From Azolla caroliniana (Eukaryota; Plantae; Polypodiophyta), in the NCBI GenBank assembly GCA_043228905.1, contig JBHGNT010000015.1:15686001-15750000 (forward strand): a DNA stretch of 64,000 nt, given 5' to 3'. The position numbers and the translations under genes were made by a program. The notes under the pieces were generated by a model. The model did no database searches, had not been told where the DNA came from, and worked only from the letters and a program-made list of their open reading frames with translations. Position 1 is the stretch's first letter. Every line of letters starts with the position of its first letter. Below are positions 25,501-37,655 of the stretch, piece after piece.

Positions 25501-28139
25501 CCTACTAAAATAATTGACATATGTGTTCATTACTTTAAGGAGTTGATTGGCCCACAATTGATAATGGCAAATGAGGTGAGTAGAGCACGTCATGAGTTTT
25601 ATGATGTGGTTGGATGTATTGTGCATGACCTCATTAGTCCTGAATTGGATGCGGATTTCACTGAGGATGAGGTGGACACAGTTTTAAGGCATCTTCCTAG
25701 TGGTAAGAGCCCTGGTTGGGATGACTTGACAAATGAAGTTTTTAAGCGATATTCACACATTTTAAAGGGGCCCTTAACTTTGATGTTTCAACATTCTTGG
25801 GATTCTGGTCATATGCCTCGAGCTTGGAAGGTTGGTCTAATTAAATTAGTTCCAAAGGTGGCATCTCCAGAGTCATTTCATCAATGGAGACCTATTTCTT
25901 TGATGGGGGGGTTGTATAAGATATTTACAAAGGTCTTGGCAAATAGATTACAAAAGTATTTGCCAAAGTTGATACATCCCGTCCAATATGGTTTTATTGC
26001 AGGGAGGAATATATTGCATAATGCGTTGAATGTTCAAATGGCCATGGATTATGCTCGAAACACTCATCAAGATTTGATTATGGTGCAATTAGATTTGGAG
26101 AAAGCTTATGATCATGTTAATTGGTCCTTTGTTTTTGGGTTAATGTATACAATGGGCTTTGGACCTCGTATGTCTCGCCTCATATTTTTATTAGGACAAG
26201 ATGTGGTGTCTCGAGTCATGCTTAATGGAGGAGTTACATCAGATATTGCCCTTACAAGATCCGTTCGTCAAGGATGCCCTTTTAGCCCGTTGTTGTTTGC
26301 TATTGTTACTCATCCCTTGTTAGTGATGCTATCAAGGCTTGCAACAAATGGTGATATTGTGGGTCTACACATTCCGTCTGGAGGGCAACTAGTTGCACAA
26401 GCTTTGGCTGATGATTCTTTCATGTTTCTACAAGCCTCACGAGGGAATCTTGAGAAGGGGATGCTTGTATGGAACCAATTTACATTGGCTTCCGGATTAC
26501 ATATTAATTGGAGGAAGTCTAGTCTCATATCATGTATTGAAAGGGATTTGAATGTTTAGGATGACAAGGATCCGTGGTGAAGAAAGGCTCTATTTTTCAA
26601 CACTTGGGCTATCCATTAGGAATGAATGTTACAATTGGTCAATTGATTGAATGAATGTCTAGTAAATTGAGGGATAAGCTCATGTAATGGAAATCACATT
26701 CTTGGCCATTTCACGTACGTTTGAAGGTTGTACAATGTATTATGGAACCGATGATATTATATTACTTGCCATTGTTGTTGTGTATAAAGAAGGCTTTGCA
26801 TTCTATTTTGCAACCTCTTCGATATTTATTGTGGAAGAAAAGGGATAAGATGGGAATCACTTGGGTTGCATGGAATCATCTAGCAACTCCTAAGCACTTG
26901 GGGGGAGCTAAAATATTGAATTTATCTAAGCATATGATGGCTCGTAGATTTTCATTATTACAAGACATGTGTTCAATCTCACAACCATGGATATCTATTG
27001 TTCAATATTTCATTGAGAACAAGGGTTTAACACATGGGAGGACAACAATTAAGGCTTCATGGTGGCAATTACTAAATGGATGTATTTCACTTAGGATTCC
27101 GAGCTCTACATGTGTTCAACACTTGGTTACCTCATGGCAAGAAGCACTCTTATTATGTGTATGGAAACCATCATCTAGTAGAGAGCATTGTAATTCTTTG
27201 CTAAAAGAGTTACTTGTGTCTTCTCGGTTATTATGTTGGCCAGGAAAGGAGAGATTACGCTCTCAATTTAATCGTTTGTTTCGTTTGGGGGTCAAAGAGG
27301 TGGGAGATATAGTTGAGGCTCCATCTCAAAGAATTTTGGAGTTTGTTGAAGCCCAACAATTATTACGCATTCCACCTAATTATGGGTTTATTTGGCAACA
27401 ACTACGAAATATTCCATTGATGCAAGGTCCCTTACCTCTACAAACAGGAGAACAACTGTGGATTGATTGGTGTTTAAAGGATCAAACATCATTGTTACAA
27501 GTGACTACTAATCTTTTGTATCATTGCTTTGTTGAGTCTCTTAGATGGTTATCATCTAATCTAAGGCTGACGAAGAATGGAGATTGCACAAATCTGATCG
27601 TGGGTGGTGGCAAATCTTGCAACGTAGTTGACATTCTAAATTGCCACTTGTAGCAAAGGTCTTCATTTGGAGAGTTTTGATTGGAGGATTGCCTTTGGGA
27701 TTAGCTCTAAAACGTTGTGGACTAGCAATGGATAATTGCTTCTTTTGCACTATTCAAATGGAAGATAATACTCATCGATTTATACAATGTCTGATTGCTT
27801 CTCAAATTTGGAGTTACATTTCTCAAATTTGGCAAGTTTTATCACAGTGTTATTTGACACCTAGACAGTAGGTGTTTGCAGAATTTACACAGGTGGACCC
27901 AAAGTCAGAGATGAAGATTGTTTTTCTATTTTTGAGATATTGGGGATTGCGTCATAATTGGAATATGCACAACGCTTTTGTATTCGATGGTAGACATGGA
28001 GTGAAAGCATATCTACTAAAGTTGAAGGGAGTACTAATGTGGCAATTTTCTTTAGTTAGTGGGTGACCATACTTCATGGCCACACCCATTGTAAGTAGTG
28101 TTTTTTACACACATTTATTAATACAATTGTGTGTTTTCA

Positions 28140-28141
<2 letters not shown>
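22600..28141 (+). mobile_element. Near full-length degraded L1-type LINE (ORF1 plus ORF2 APE-RT-zf)
   Basis: ORF1 fragments with the degenerate knuckle 'FGCGEWGHFMAEC'. ORF2 has MKVVTWNV, GDFN, SRLDR, SDHFP, WRPISL, LDLEKAYDHV, VRQGCP, LADD and CFFC...HRFIQC. Several stops and frameshifts. Confidence 0.92.

Positions 28142-28206
<65 letters not shown>
28142..28206. repeat. (TA)n(GA)n compound microsatellite at the LINE 3' end
   Basis: Direct reading of the sequence. Confidence 0.95.
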
Positions 28207-28211
<5 letters not shown>

Positions 28212-29919
28212 GCATGGAAAGATTGGTCATTTGGTGCGAAAAAATCGATATTTGTGGTGCACACTAATGATGAAATCATAAGTTGGTTGAAGGTAGAGCT
28301 TGGTTAGCAAATAAGGTTTTGAATACATGACACATTACTCGACATGTAAAGTGGTGCCGTCAATTTTTTTATGTAGGATGGCAATCTCATCTTCCATTTC
28401 GTGCAAAGGTGTTTCTTTAACATGCGATGGTCGATGGGTTGCCTTTGGTGATGGCTTTGAAACAAAGACATATTTCGAATGGGACATGTTTTTTTTTGTA
28501 TAGTGGTTGATGAATATGCCAGACATAGTTTCATTATATGCTTGGTTGCTAAAGCCATTTGGGTGGTTGTATCACAAATTTGGGCATCAATAACAATATA
28601 GTTTTTGTCATCTTTTAAGTGGGTTTTCATTTACGGTGTTAATGCTTTACCCATACCAAAATCATAATATTGCTAATATCAATGTATCCTCAAGCTGTGT
28701 ATACATGGAATGCGGTATTATGGGCAGTGATACAAGATAAACCAATGGTAAACACTGAGTCATTTGAAATAGGTAATATGTCTCATTCTCTTTTTCATAT
28801 CTTAGTGAGATGTTAAAAAATGGCTTATTTAAGCAAAATTTCAAAACGGCATGACGCATGCATATGTGGTTTATGAAAACATAGTGAAAAATAGAACTAA
28901 CTAATATCATGTCAACAAAATCATCTGACGTATATTCAAATATCTACCATGTTTTTGTCCAAATCTTAGACAGGGTTATATTCGTCAACGCATGTATAAT
29001 AGTAACACGAGTCCTTGTGCATATTCTAAAACGCATACCCCACTGAATAAGTGACTTCTTCTAATTATGTGTGTATGTTTATATATAATATATCTTAAAG
29101 CAAATTGTGAACCTTGCAATTAAGAGATACTACTATGTCAAGAGAAAATTTCCATTTCAACACGTGATACATCATACATGACACCGTCAATGTATAAATA
29201 AACTAGTCTACAATAACATTCCAATCATACGAGTAAATGATAGAGTATAATTTTATCTCCCATATACCCCAAACGATAAAGGAGACTTTAGACAACATGT
29301 ACACATACAAATTATACTTAATCTCTAAGTTCAATGAGTGTTACACGAAAATTATAAATAAGCTCAACTTATATATTATGTCAAAATTTAACAATTCATA
29401 TTGTTCAAATTTTACAATAAGCCATATCCATTCAATCGAATAATAAGTCTGGTAAAGTCGTCTCTTCAAGATTAGCTCTTTCATCAGGATTGTCCTCATT
29501 GGCTTTGTCGTTATGCTAAGTTGAATCGTTAGTATGTTCAAACTCTGACACGTCTTCTAATTCAACAAGATCCCCTACTTCTTCATCTATAGGTTCCATA
29601 GGTTCTCTAGAAGTCATCTGGAACATCTTAGTTTCATTGATATGCTTTGCCCCAACTTCTTGGTCTTGATTAGGACAGTCCCCGATACCTTGGATCCTTA
29701 TTTTGATGAAAATAACCTGCTTAGGGTCCTTATCTAATGCAACAGAGTTCCTGAACATCTTTAAGGCGCATGTTGTAGTAATACATGACAACTATAGAAT
29801 GAAAGTGCACATGTAACATCAAATTGAAGAATATAACATTACCCTAAATTGATGTGACAAGTTTTATATACCTGTGTCGGAAAACAAATCTAAAACCCAT
29901 TGAAAATTTGAAAAAATAA

Positions 29920-32120
29920 TAAATCGTGGATTTTCAACTGGAATCCAATGCAATGCACTAGATTCCAGTTGAAAATCCAAGATTCTTTTTTTATTTTGTA
30001 ATTTTTAAAAAAATTTCCATAAAATAATAAAAAATGGATTTTCAGCTAAAATACGATGCACTACATGTATTTTGGTCTATACAGCTAGAATCCAATGCAA
30101 TGCATTGGATTAAAGTCGAAAATCCATTTTCTTTTTTCTTTTTTCAATGTTATTTATTTATTATATTTTTTTCCATACAAAAAATAATAATAAATGGCTT
30201 GCTTTTCAACTGAAATCCGATGCACTTCATCAGATTGTAGTCTATACAGCTAGACATCAATGCGGTGCATCAGATTTTAGCTAACAATCATTTTTCTTTT
30301 CAATTGTTTTTCCTTTTTTCGACAAATAAATAAAAATATTTTAAAACATGGATTTCCAACTAAAATCTTATTCATTGCATCGAATTTCAATTGAAAATCT
30401 AAATTTCTTTTAGTTTTTTCATAAAACAATGAAATAAATTATTTTTACATTTTCAACGGAAATCTAATGCACTGCATTGGATTTCAGTTGAAAATCCATG
30501 ATAAATGAAAAAAATAAAAGAAAAATCTTAGACTTTCAATGGAAATCGGATTTCTGTTGAAAATACATCATTTTAAATGGCCAAAATCCATGATTTTTTT
30601 CTTTTAAACATTTTTTTATGGAAAAAATAAAAAAATAAGAAAATTTGAGAAAAAGAAAGAAAAAGTGGATTCTCAACTGAAATCCCATGTAGTGCATCGG
30701 ATTTTTGTTGAAAATTCATTTTTTCAATTTTTATTTATTTATTTATGGGAAAAATAGAAACAAATTCAAAACAGATACAAAAAAAACTCAAAAAATAAGA
30801 AAAAGTGGACTTTCAATGGAAATCCGATGTAGTGCATCGGATTTCCGTTGAAAATCCATTTTTTCGATTTTTATTTATTTATTTATGGGAAAAATACAAA
30901 AATACAAAAAAAACTCAAAAAATAAGAAAAATTAGAAACAAATCAGAAAAAGTGGACCTTCAATGGAAATCCAATGCACTGCATCAGATTTCCATTGAAA
31001 ATCCAATGCACTGCATCAGATTTCCATTGAAAATCCATTTTTTCAATTTTTATTTATTTATTTATGAGAAAAATACAAAAAAACTCAAAAAATAAGAAAA
31101 TTTGGAAACAAATCAGAAAAAGTGGACTTCAATGGAAATCCGATGCACTGCATCAGATTTCCATTGAAAATCCATTTTTTCAATTTTTATTTATTTATTT
31201 ATGGGAAAAATACAAAAATACAAAAAAACTCAAAGAATAAGAAAATTTGGAAACAAATCAGAAAAAGTGGACTTTCAATGGAAATCAGATGCACTACATT
31301 AGATTTCCATTGAAACTCTATTTTTTCAATTTTTATTTATTTATTTATGGGAAAAATACAAAAATACAAAAAAACTCAAAAAATAAGAAAATTTGGAAAC
31401 AAATAAGAAAAAGTGGACTTTCAACTAAAATCTGATGGAGTGCATGGGATTTCCATTGAAAATCCATTTTTTCAATTTTATTTTCTTTATTTATGGGAAA
31501 TTAAAAAAATTTTAAAAAAATACAAAAGAAAATAATAAAAATAAATAAAATTCGGAAAAAAATAAGAAAAAGTTGACTTTCAACCGAAATCCGATGCAAT
31601 GGATCGGATTTCCATTGAAAATCCATTTTTTCAATTTTTATTTATTTATTTATGGGAAAAATAAAACAAATTCAAAAAAATACAAACAAAATTCAAGAAA
31701 TACAAAAATTTGGAAAAGAAAAAGAAAAAGTGGACCTTCAACTGAAATCCAATGCATTGCATTGGATTTCCATTGAAAATCCATTTTTCAATATTTATTT
31801 ATTTATTTATGGAAAAAATAAGGAAAATAAAAAAAAATACGAAAAATAAGAAAATTTGGAAACAAATAAGAAAAAGTGGACTTTCAACGGAAATCTGATG
31901 CAATTTTTATTTATTTTTTAAAGATATTTTGAAAGTGGATTTTCAACTGAAATCCAATGCCATGTATCATATTTTAGTCTATATAGCTAGAATTTGATGC
32001 AATGCATTATGTCTCAGTTGAAAATGCAAGAGTATTTAAAAAAAATTCCAAGCCTTACAAAAGGAATTTGATGCACTACATCTAATTCTAGATGTATAGA
32101 GTTAAATTCGACATAGTGCA
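29920..32120. repeat. Tandem array of ~146-bp AT-rich units, each with a ~41-45-bp palindrome
   Basis: Unit anchors 'aaaagtgga' lie at about 30661, 30801, 30948, 31118, 31263, 31409, 31568, 31726 and 31872. Core is ttcaatggaaatccgatgca-c-tgcatcggatttccattgaa; more diverged copies on both flanks. Confidence 0.9.
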
Positions 32121-32797
32121 GCATATTAGATGGAATGAATGTGATTTCTGTTTGACATCAAAGGCTTACTATGAGAATCTATGAAAAACGAAAAAACATA
32201 TTTACGACATTTTTTAGATTCTAGTGATTTTAGTAGAAGGTTTCTCTCACATAATCAAATATCGTAAATAGAAAGTACATAATTAAATATCATAACCAAA
32301 AAGTGAAGAAGAAAGAATGTATCAAGCACATCTACTCTTACATTGGATAATGTTTATATACTAGTGATTGACTTATCTTTGACCAAAACAAGTTATCTAC
32401 GATAGACCACAATGAAGATACTAAAAGAGGATCTTGAATGTGGCTTCAGACACAACAAAAGACAAACAAGAAGCATGACTCATAACCTCGATGAGGTTGG
32501 ATTGCAAATGGATGAAGACAATGCATTAGTTGCCATTGATGATGAGGATGAGACCTCATAAACTCTTACTAGTTCATCTAATGGGTATGAAGATGATGGC
32601 ATAAACTTTGAAAACGATTGTCCTGATACGTTAATTGTAAATATTGTATTGTACATCAAGATTTGGATTCATGAAATTCTATAAATATTGGTGTTAGTCA
32701 TTGTGGGCATTCATTTGTAAGTTTTGCATGTCCATTATTTAGGCATTTTTTTGAACACCTAAATTTTCGTACATGCTAGAAATCAATATTTTTTTGG

Positions 32798-32925
32798 GTC
32801 ATTTTTTAAAATCCTTTACGCATGCGGCACCCCTTTTTGTGAATCACCCTAATTTGTGTCATTTTAAAAATCCTTTACGCATGTGGCACCCCTTTTTGTG
32901 AATCACCCTAATTAGTGTCATTTTT
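32798..32925. repeat. ~60-bp tandem duplication
   Basis: 'aaaatcctttacgcatgYggcaccc..tttttgtgaatcaccctaatt' occurs twice. Confidence 0.85.
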
Positions 32926-32959
32926 TGATGGGCAGTTCTCAAAATGCGACATATTACCT

Positions 32960-33468
32960 GTTTCAAATGTCTCGGTGTTGGTATATGAACAAGAGGAGGT
33001 TGCAAATGCTATTGTTATGAGACATGGTTTGATGCAAAAAACATTGATACATTCGAACCCAAAAATAGGATAATAAACCTCAAATATGGGAATTGGTAAG
33101 TAGTATTACAATTTGGTATATTTGGAAGGCTCGATGTTTGAAGGTATTTCAAATGTGATTGAAAGACCTGGCCAAATCATTTCTGGAATTTGGACAAAGA
33201 TTGTGCATAATCTAAAAGGTTCTTTGGATAGTATAAAAGGTAATATGCAATAGGCGAAGCTCAAGTGATTAGAATTTCACGCCATTTGGGACAGAGGCAT
33301 ATTTTATAAGGATTTCTGATAAGGTGGAGTGGTCCTACTCTACACTAGAGTATTTATTTAAGCTGGTGGTTAGAATTTAGAAAAAAGGGGCTCTTTGGTA
33401 CATCTTGTATGTATAGCCTTAGGGCGGTTTCTTAATACTAAGATAGTATCTTTTTTTGGAAAAAAAAG
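32960..33468 (+). mobile_element. Degraded LINE 3' fragment with A-tail
   Basis: Ends 'tttttttggaaaaaaaa' like the other L1-type ends here; Trp-rich degenerate coding. Confidence 0.5.
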
Positions 33469-33602
33469 AGAGGGTTGTATTGTCATCTTGTTTTAATAAC
33501 ATACATTACAAGAAGAGAGAGATAGATAGATAGATAGATAGATAGATTATATTATCGTCTTCGGAGGTCAAATATGACCTATGAGACCAAAAATATTACA
33601 TT

Positions 33603-36600
33603 TCACGTGATATGTGTGAAAGTGAGTAGTGACTCTCGATGTTCAAGAACTTTACCAATGAATGTTGCAATCGAGAGTGCACATTGTGGTTGTGAGAGGA
33701 ATTCATGCAAAGATTGGGCTCGATCGAAGAGATGTGTAAAGCATGGTCGAATATGATCAAAGGCAGAGCATTGTATCAAAGTGTGATACTCAGACTCGCG
33801 AACTTGTTTAGGGCAAAGTGCGCATAGCCGACCACTCTCATCACTTGTACCCCAACGCCCTATTTCACATCGCAATGCATGTGAGCTAAGTCGCATGGAA
33901 GCAATGGTTCGAATGGAAGATAACGGTATGGGCTCTAACATGTATGGATGTGTACGATTTCCCCGTTCCGCGAAGAATATGGTTTTGTAGTTAGGTGCAA
34001 CATGTGTAGTATAATGTGTGAAGCGTGAGCCTCCACATTTGTCCCATGTCATGATACATTGGGCGTTGCAAAAATGCCTCATTTACAGAGGAATCTAATG
34101 ATGCATCATGAAGCAAGTGTCCCACATCCCATCTACCAAACCATTTTTCTATATCTTGCATCCAACCGGAACACAAAATTTTGCTTTTATGCGTCTTTTG
34201 GATCTTTTTGCTTGCTTCCCACGCAATTCTAGGAAGTCGATGTGAGGGACTTTTTTGAACCTTAAGCATGTATTCAACAACCCTTTCCATGGCCATGATC
34301 TCAATGGGAAGCGATCCCGTCTCAAGGAGGAGGAGGGTGTAGGGCGTTTGTTTCTTAACTTGTAGAAACTTGGTAAGAAAATGCTTTTGGACATTTTCAA
34401 ACTCTTTCCACATAGATTTAGGGATGCTACCGCCCCATACTTCCACCCCATAGAGAAGAACCGGTGTCACCAAAGTGTCGAAAAGATATTTCTTGAGGAC
34501 CCAACACTTAATATCTCCAAGATTGCATGTGTTCTCAAATGCATAATGCTCGCTTGCCCGCCTCTAAGCGGTGTGTAGCACATTCATTCCATCTATGATT
34601 TGAAGGAACTTCAAGGCCAAGATATTTGAAGCTTTCCACACATTCAAGTGGCTCATTGTTGTACATAATGCATGGTTTATCTCTTTTTTGGCTCTTCACA
34701 AGCATAATCTTTGTTTTAGAGCTATTGACACTTAATTTAGTATGCATGCAAAATTTTTCCAATGCCTTCATAAGCTTTTGTGCATCTCCTAAAGTATTTG
34801 CAAAAAGCACTACATCATCTGCATATAACAAAAGCATAATCACAACATTCCCAATGGCAATTTCTTCAACACATTCTTCCTTTGCAAACTTGGTAACCAT
34901 TTCTTCCAATTCATCAATGCATAGACCAAATAGTGTTGGTGAGAGTGGGCATCCTTGCTTAACACCAATAGTGCTTTTGAAAAAATCTGAAAGTTTATCT
35001 CTCATGCGCACACAACATATAACCTTCTCATAAATTCGGGAAATTGCAAGCATATATTCACTTGGCACCTCAAGTTCTTCCATTCGCCTCCAAAGATGCT
35101 CACGAGGTACCATATCAAAAGCTTTCTTGAAGTCTACAAAGCAACAATATAAACCTTTACCTCTAAGGCGACTTTCCTCCGTTAATACTCGAAGGGTGAT
35201 AAGGTGATCAATGGTGCTATGGTGTTTCCGAAAGCCAGCTTGTCCATAAGCTCTCTTACCACTTTTTTCAGCCCATACACTTATCTTTGATTCCATTATA
35301 CATCCAAATAGTTTTGCCATTAATGAGCCAACCATGATGGTTCGATAGTTGTTTACATTATTTATATCTCCACCTTTATGTAAAGGTTTGATCCAATTTG
35401 TAGTCCAATCGTACGGCATACCATGTTGCAATGCATCATTAAACATATCGCTTATCCATATATGTGCTTCCTTTCCCGTCCATTTGAGCATTTCAGCCTT
35501 TATACATTGAAGATCGCTTGCCTTTCGAGAGGCCAATTTCTTAAGTCCTATGCATATATCTTCAATTGTAAAGAAGGGAGGCATATGTGAAAGAGAACCA
35601 TAACACATCATCTTTCCGGCAAGAGATAACTCATATAAATTCTTACAATGCATAGACAAGTCATGAAGAGTTAAGTCACCATAACTCTCAACACGTTTTT
35701 CCTTTAGATTTCCCCAAAATTTAGCACATGCATGTGCTTTCTCTTGCGTTTGGATAAGTTGTTGAGTAACTTCCCATATTCTTCTCTTTCTTTGAATAAG
35801 CCTTTTATACTCATGCAAATGCTTTTGGTAATTCTCTTTATCCTTAACTACATCCAAAACCATAAGGCACTTTCGAGCTTCATGACATTCTTTATCAAAC
35901 CATTTTTTCCTAAGTTTCTTGGTGCATTTCCAAGATGTGCGATTGGTCGAAAAACATTTGTTTGTACATGAGAGAATGACTTTCTTGAAAGCTTCCCATT
36001 TGCATTCTAGTGTGGCACCATGTTGTATCTTTGTCATTTGTAACATATCCTCAACCATCTTGGAATACATGGGTGCTCGCTTAAGGTTCATGCTCAAGTG
36101 CGGTTGTTTATTATCTTCAATAGCCTTCTCACAATCAAACCTATGCATACATTTGAGATTGATACATAAAGGCCTATGATCGGATTCCGGTGTCCATTGA
36201 CCAAGTGAGAATTTATGTATACGATCCAAAATACATTCGGAAAGTAGCACATAGTCAATCACACTATTTCCATTGTGTTTTCTACATGTAAAACCATTAG
36301 TGTTGGGCCATAAGGAAATACCATTTGCAATAAGCAATCCGGTACTATTGCACATTTGTAGGAGTAACTTCCCAAATTGGTCCGGATCTTTTTCATCGCT
36401 AGAAGAGCGGTTATACATTTGCATATCCTCTTGCATCCTTGAGATATGTGGCATGAAAGATTCTTGTGAATCAAGTTGGAAACTTCTTGTACGAGCATTC
36501 ATGTCACCAAAGACAATAACTTCCCCTTTGGATTTGAAATAAGCAATATCATCTTCTAGATTGGCAAACGGTTGATCTTTATCCAAACAAGCATAAAAGT

Positions 36601-36976
36601 TAGAATCTTGATGAGGGATGTAACATCCAACTACAAAAGTGGGCAAATCATTAGGTGTTTCTATTTTGAGCCATATGTAGCATTTATTTTCATCATTTTT
36701 TATGATTGACACATATTTCTCTATTTCCTTCTTAATCAAACATGCCACCCCTCCTTGTCCTCTTCTTTGTCTTGGATTTTTCTTCCATATCAAAGAGTGT
36801 ACATTATAGTTTCCTAAACCTTGAATCCTTTGAGTATCATGCTCCCATGTCTCAACAAGAAGTGTGATATCCGAGTCATCGGTGAACTCCTCTATGCCAA
36901 ATCCCGCATTCCATGGGTATCCATTGCAATTCCAAAAGCATAGTCGTAAAAGGCGTGGGTTAGTCTCATAGATCAC
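33603..36976 (-). pseudogene. LINE ORF2 (APE endonuclease, RT, C-terminal Cys/His motif), frameshifted near 34550 and 34065
   Basis: Consecutive ORFs 34535-36976, 33991-34473 and 33603-34082. Confidence 0.88.
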
Positions 36977-36982
36977 GTGTCC

Positions 36983-37614
36983 CTATTTGCCTACATTTCC
37001 ATCTTTAGGCACATCCTTAACCTTGTTTTTCAATCTTTCTTCATATGCTTTACGACGAGCATTTTGTTGTGAGATAGTACGATCTTCACTCACAAAGCAT
37101 TGTGTACCTTTGAGGTATACCCAACTATTTTCGAGTATGATCCGCCGCTTTGTATCATCTGTCATTGTGCATACAATAGGCCTTTCTCCGGAGCGACTAA
37201 CACCATGTTTCCCAACTCGGTGTGCCCCATATACATTCACATCTGACATCCCATAATGCATGCTAAAAAATTCACCAATGGCCTTTCCAAGGGATGCGGG
37301 TGTTTCAATACTCTCTTCTTTAATCCCACGGATGACAATGTTCTTTGATCGTCGTTCACGTTCTTTCAATTCTCGGACATCTATGTTTTCGATATTCTTC
37401 TCTTGATGCATCACATGCATATTAGATGAGTTTGATAGCACATCCCCACCACATACATCGGCCCATGACTTCTTTGTACATACATTTTTCATCTCACTTA
37501 CATCCCGCCTCATCGTGTCCAATTTTTCTTCTTTTAATGCTTCCTTTAACTCAATCTTGTTAAGGCGCTCATTTGTTTCAAAAGAAGCTCTTTTACATTC
37601 TTGAATCTCTTCTT

Positions 37615-37615
<1 letters not shown>
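36983..37615 (-). CDS. LINE ORF1 (coiled coil plus RRM-like), N-terminally truncated at (TC)n
   Basis: ORF 36983-37522 is open upstream to the microsatellite. Confidence 0.75.

Positions 37616-37652
<37 letters not shown>

Positions 37653-37655
<3 letters not shown>

Larger units (their letters stand above)
33547..37615 (-). mobile_element. RTE-X-like LINE family A, near-intact copy (5'-truncated ORF1, full ORF2 with 2 frameshifts)
   Basis: ORF1 has RERRSKNIVIRGIKEE. ORF2 has APE (FWNCNG, GDMNAR, IDY, SDHRP), RT (YRTIM, FVDFKKAFD, GVKQGCPLSP, YADD, KYLG) and C-terminal RLSSHALRCEIGRW...CALC...EYHTLIQC. Flanked by (GATA)n/(GA)n. Confidence 0.9.

Noticed and set aside
30805-31849. Repeated Lys/Phe-rich ORFs
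   Set aside because: Translations of the AT-rich tandem array.
29920-32120. CRISPR-like array of palindromic repeats
   Set aside because: The intervening sequences are homologous to each other rather than unique spacers, there are no cas genes, and the context is eukaryotic.
32815-32912. Tc1/mariner-like TIR (AGGGTGATTCAC on the minus strand)
   Set aside because: Both copies are in direct orientation and I found no inverted partner or TSD.
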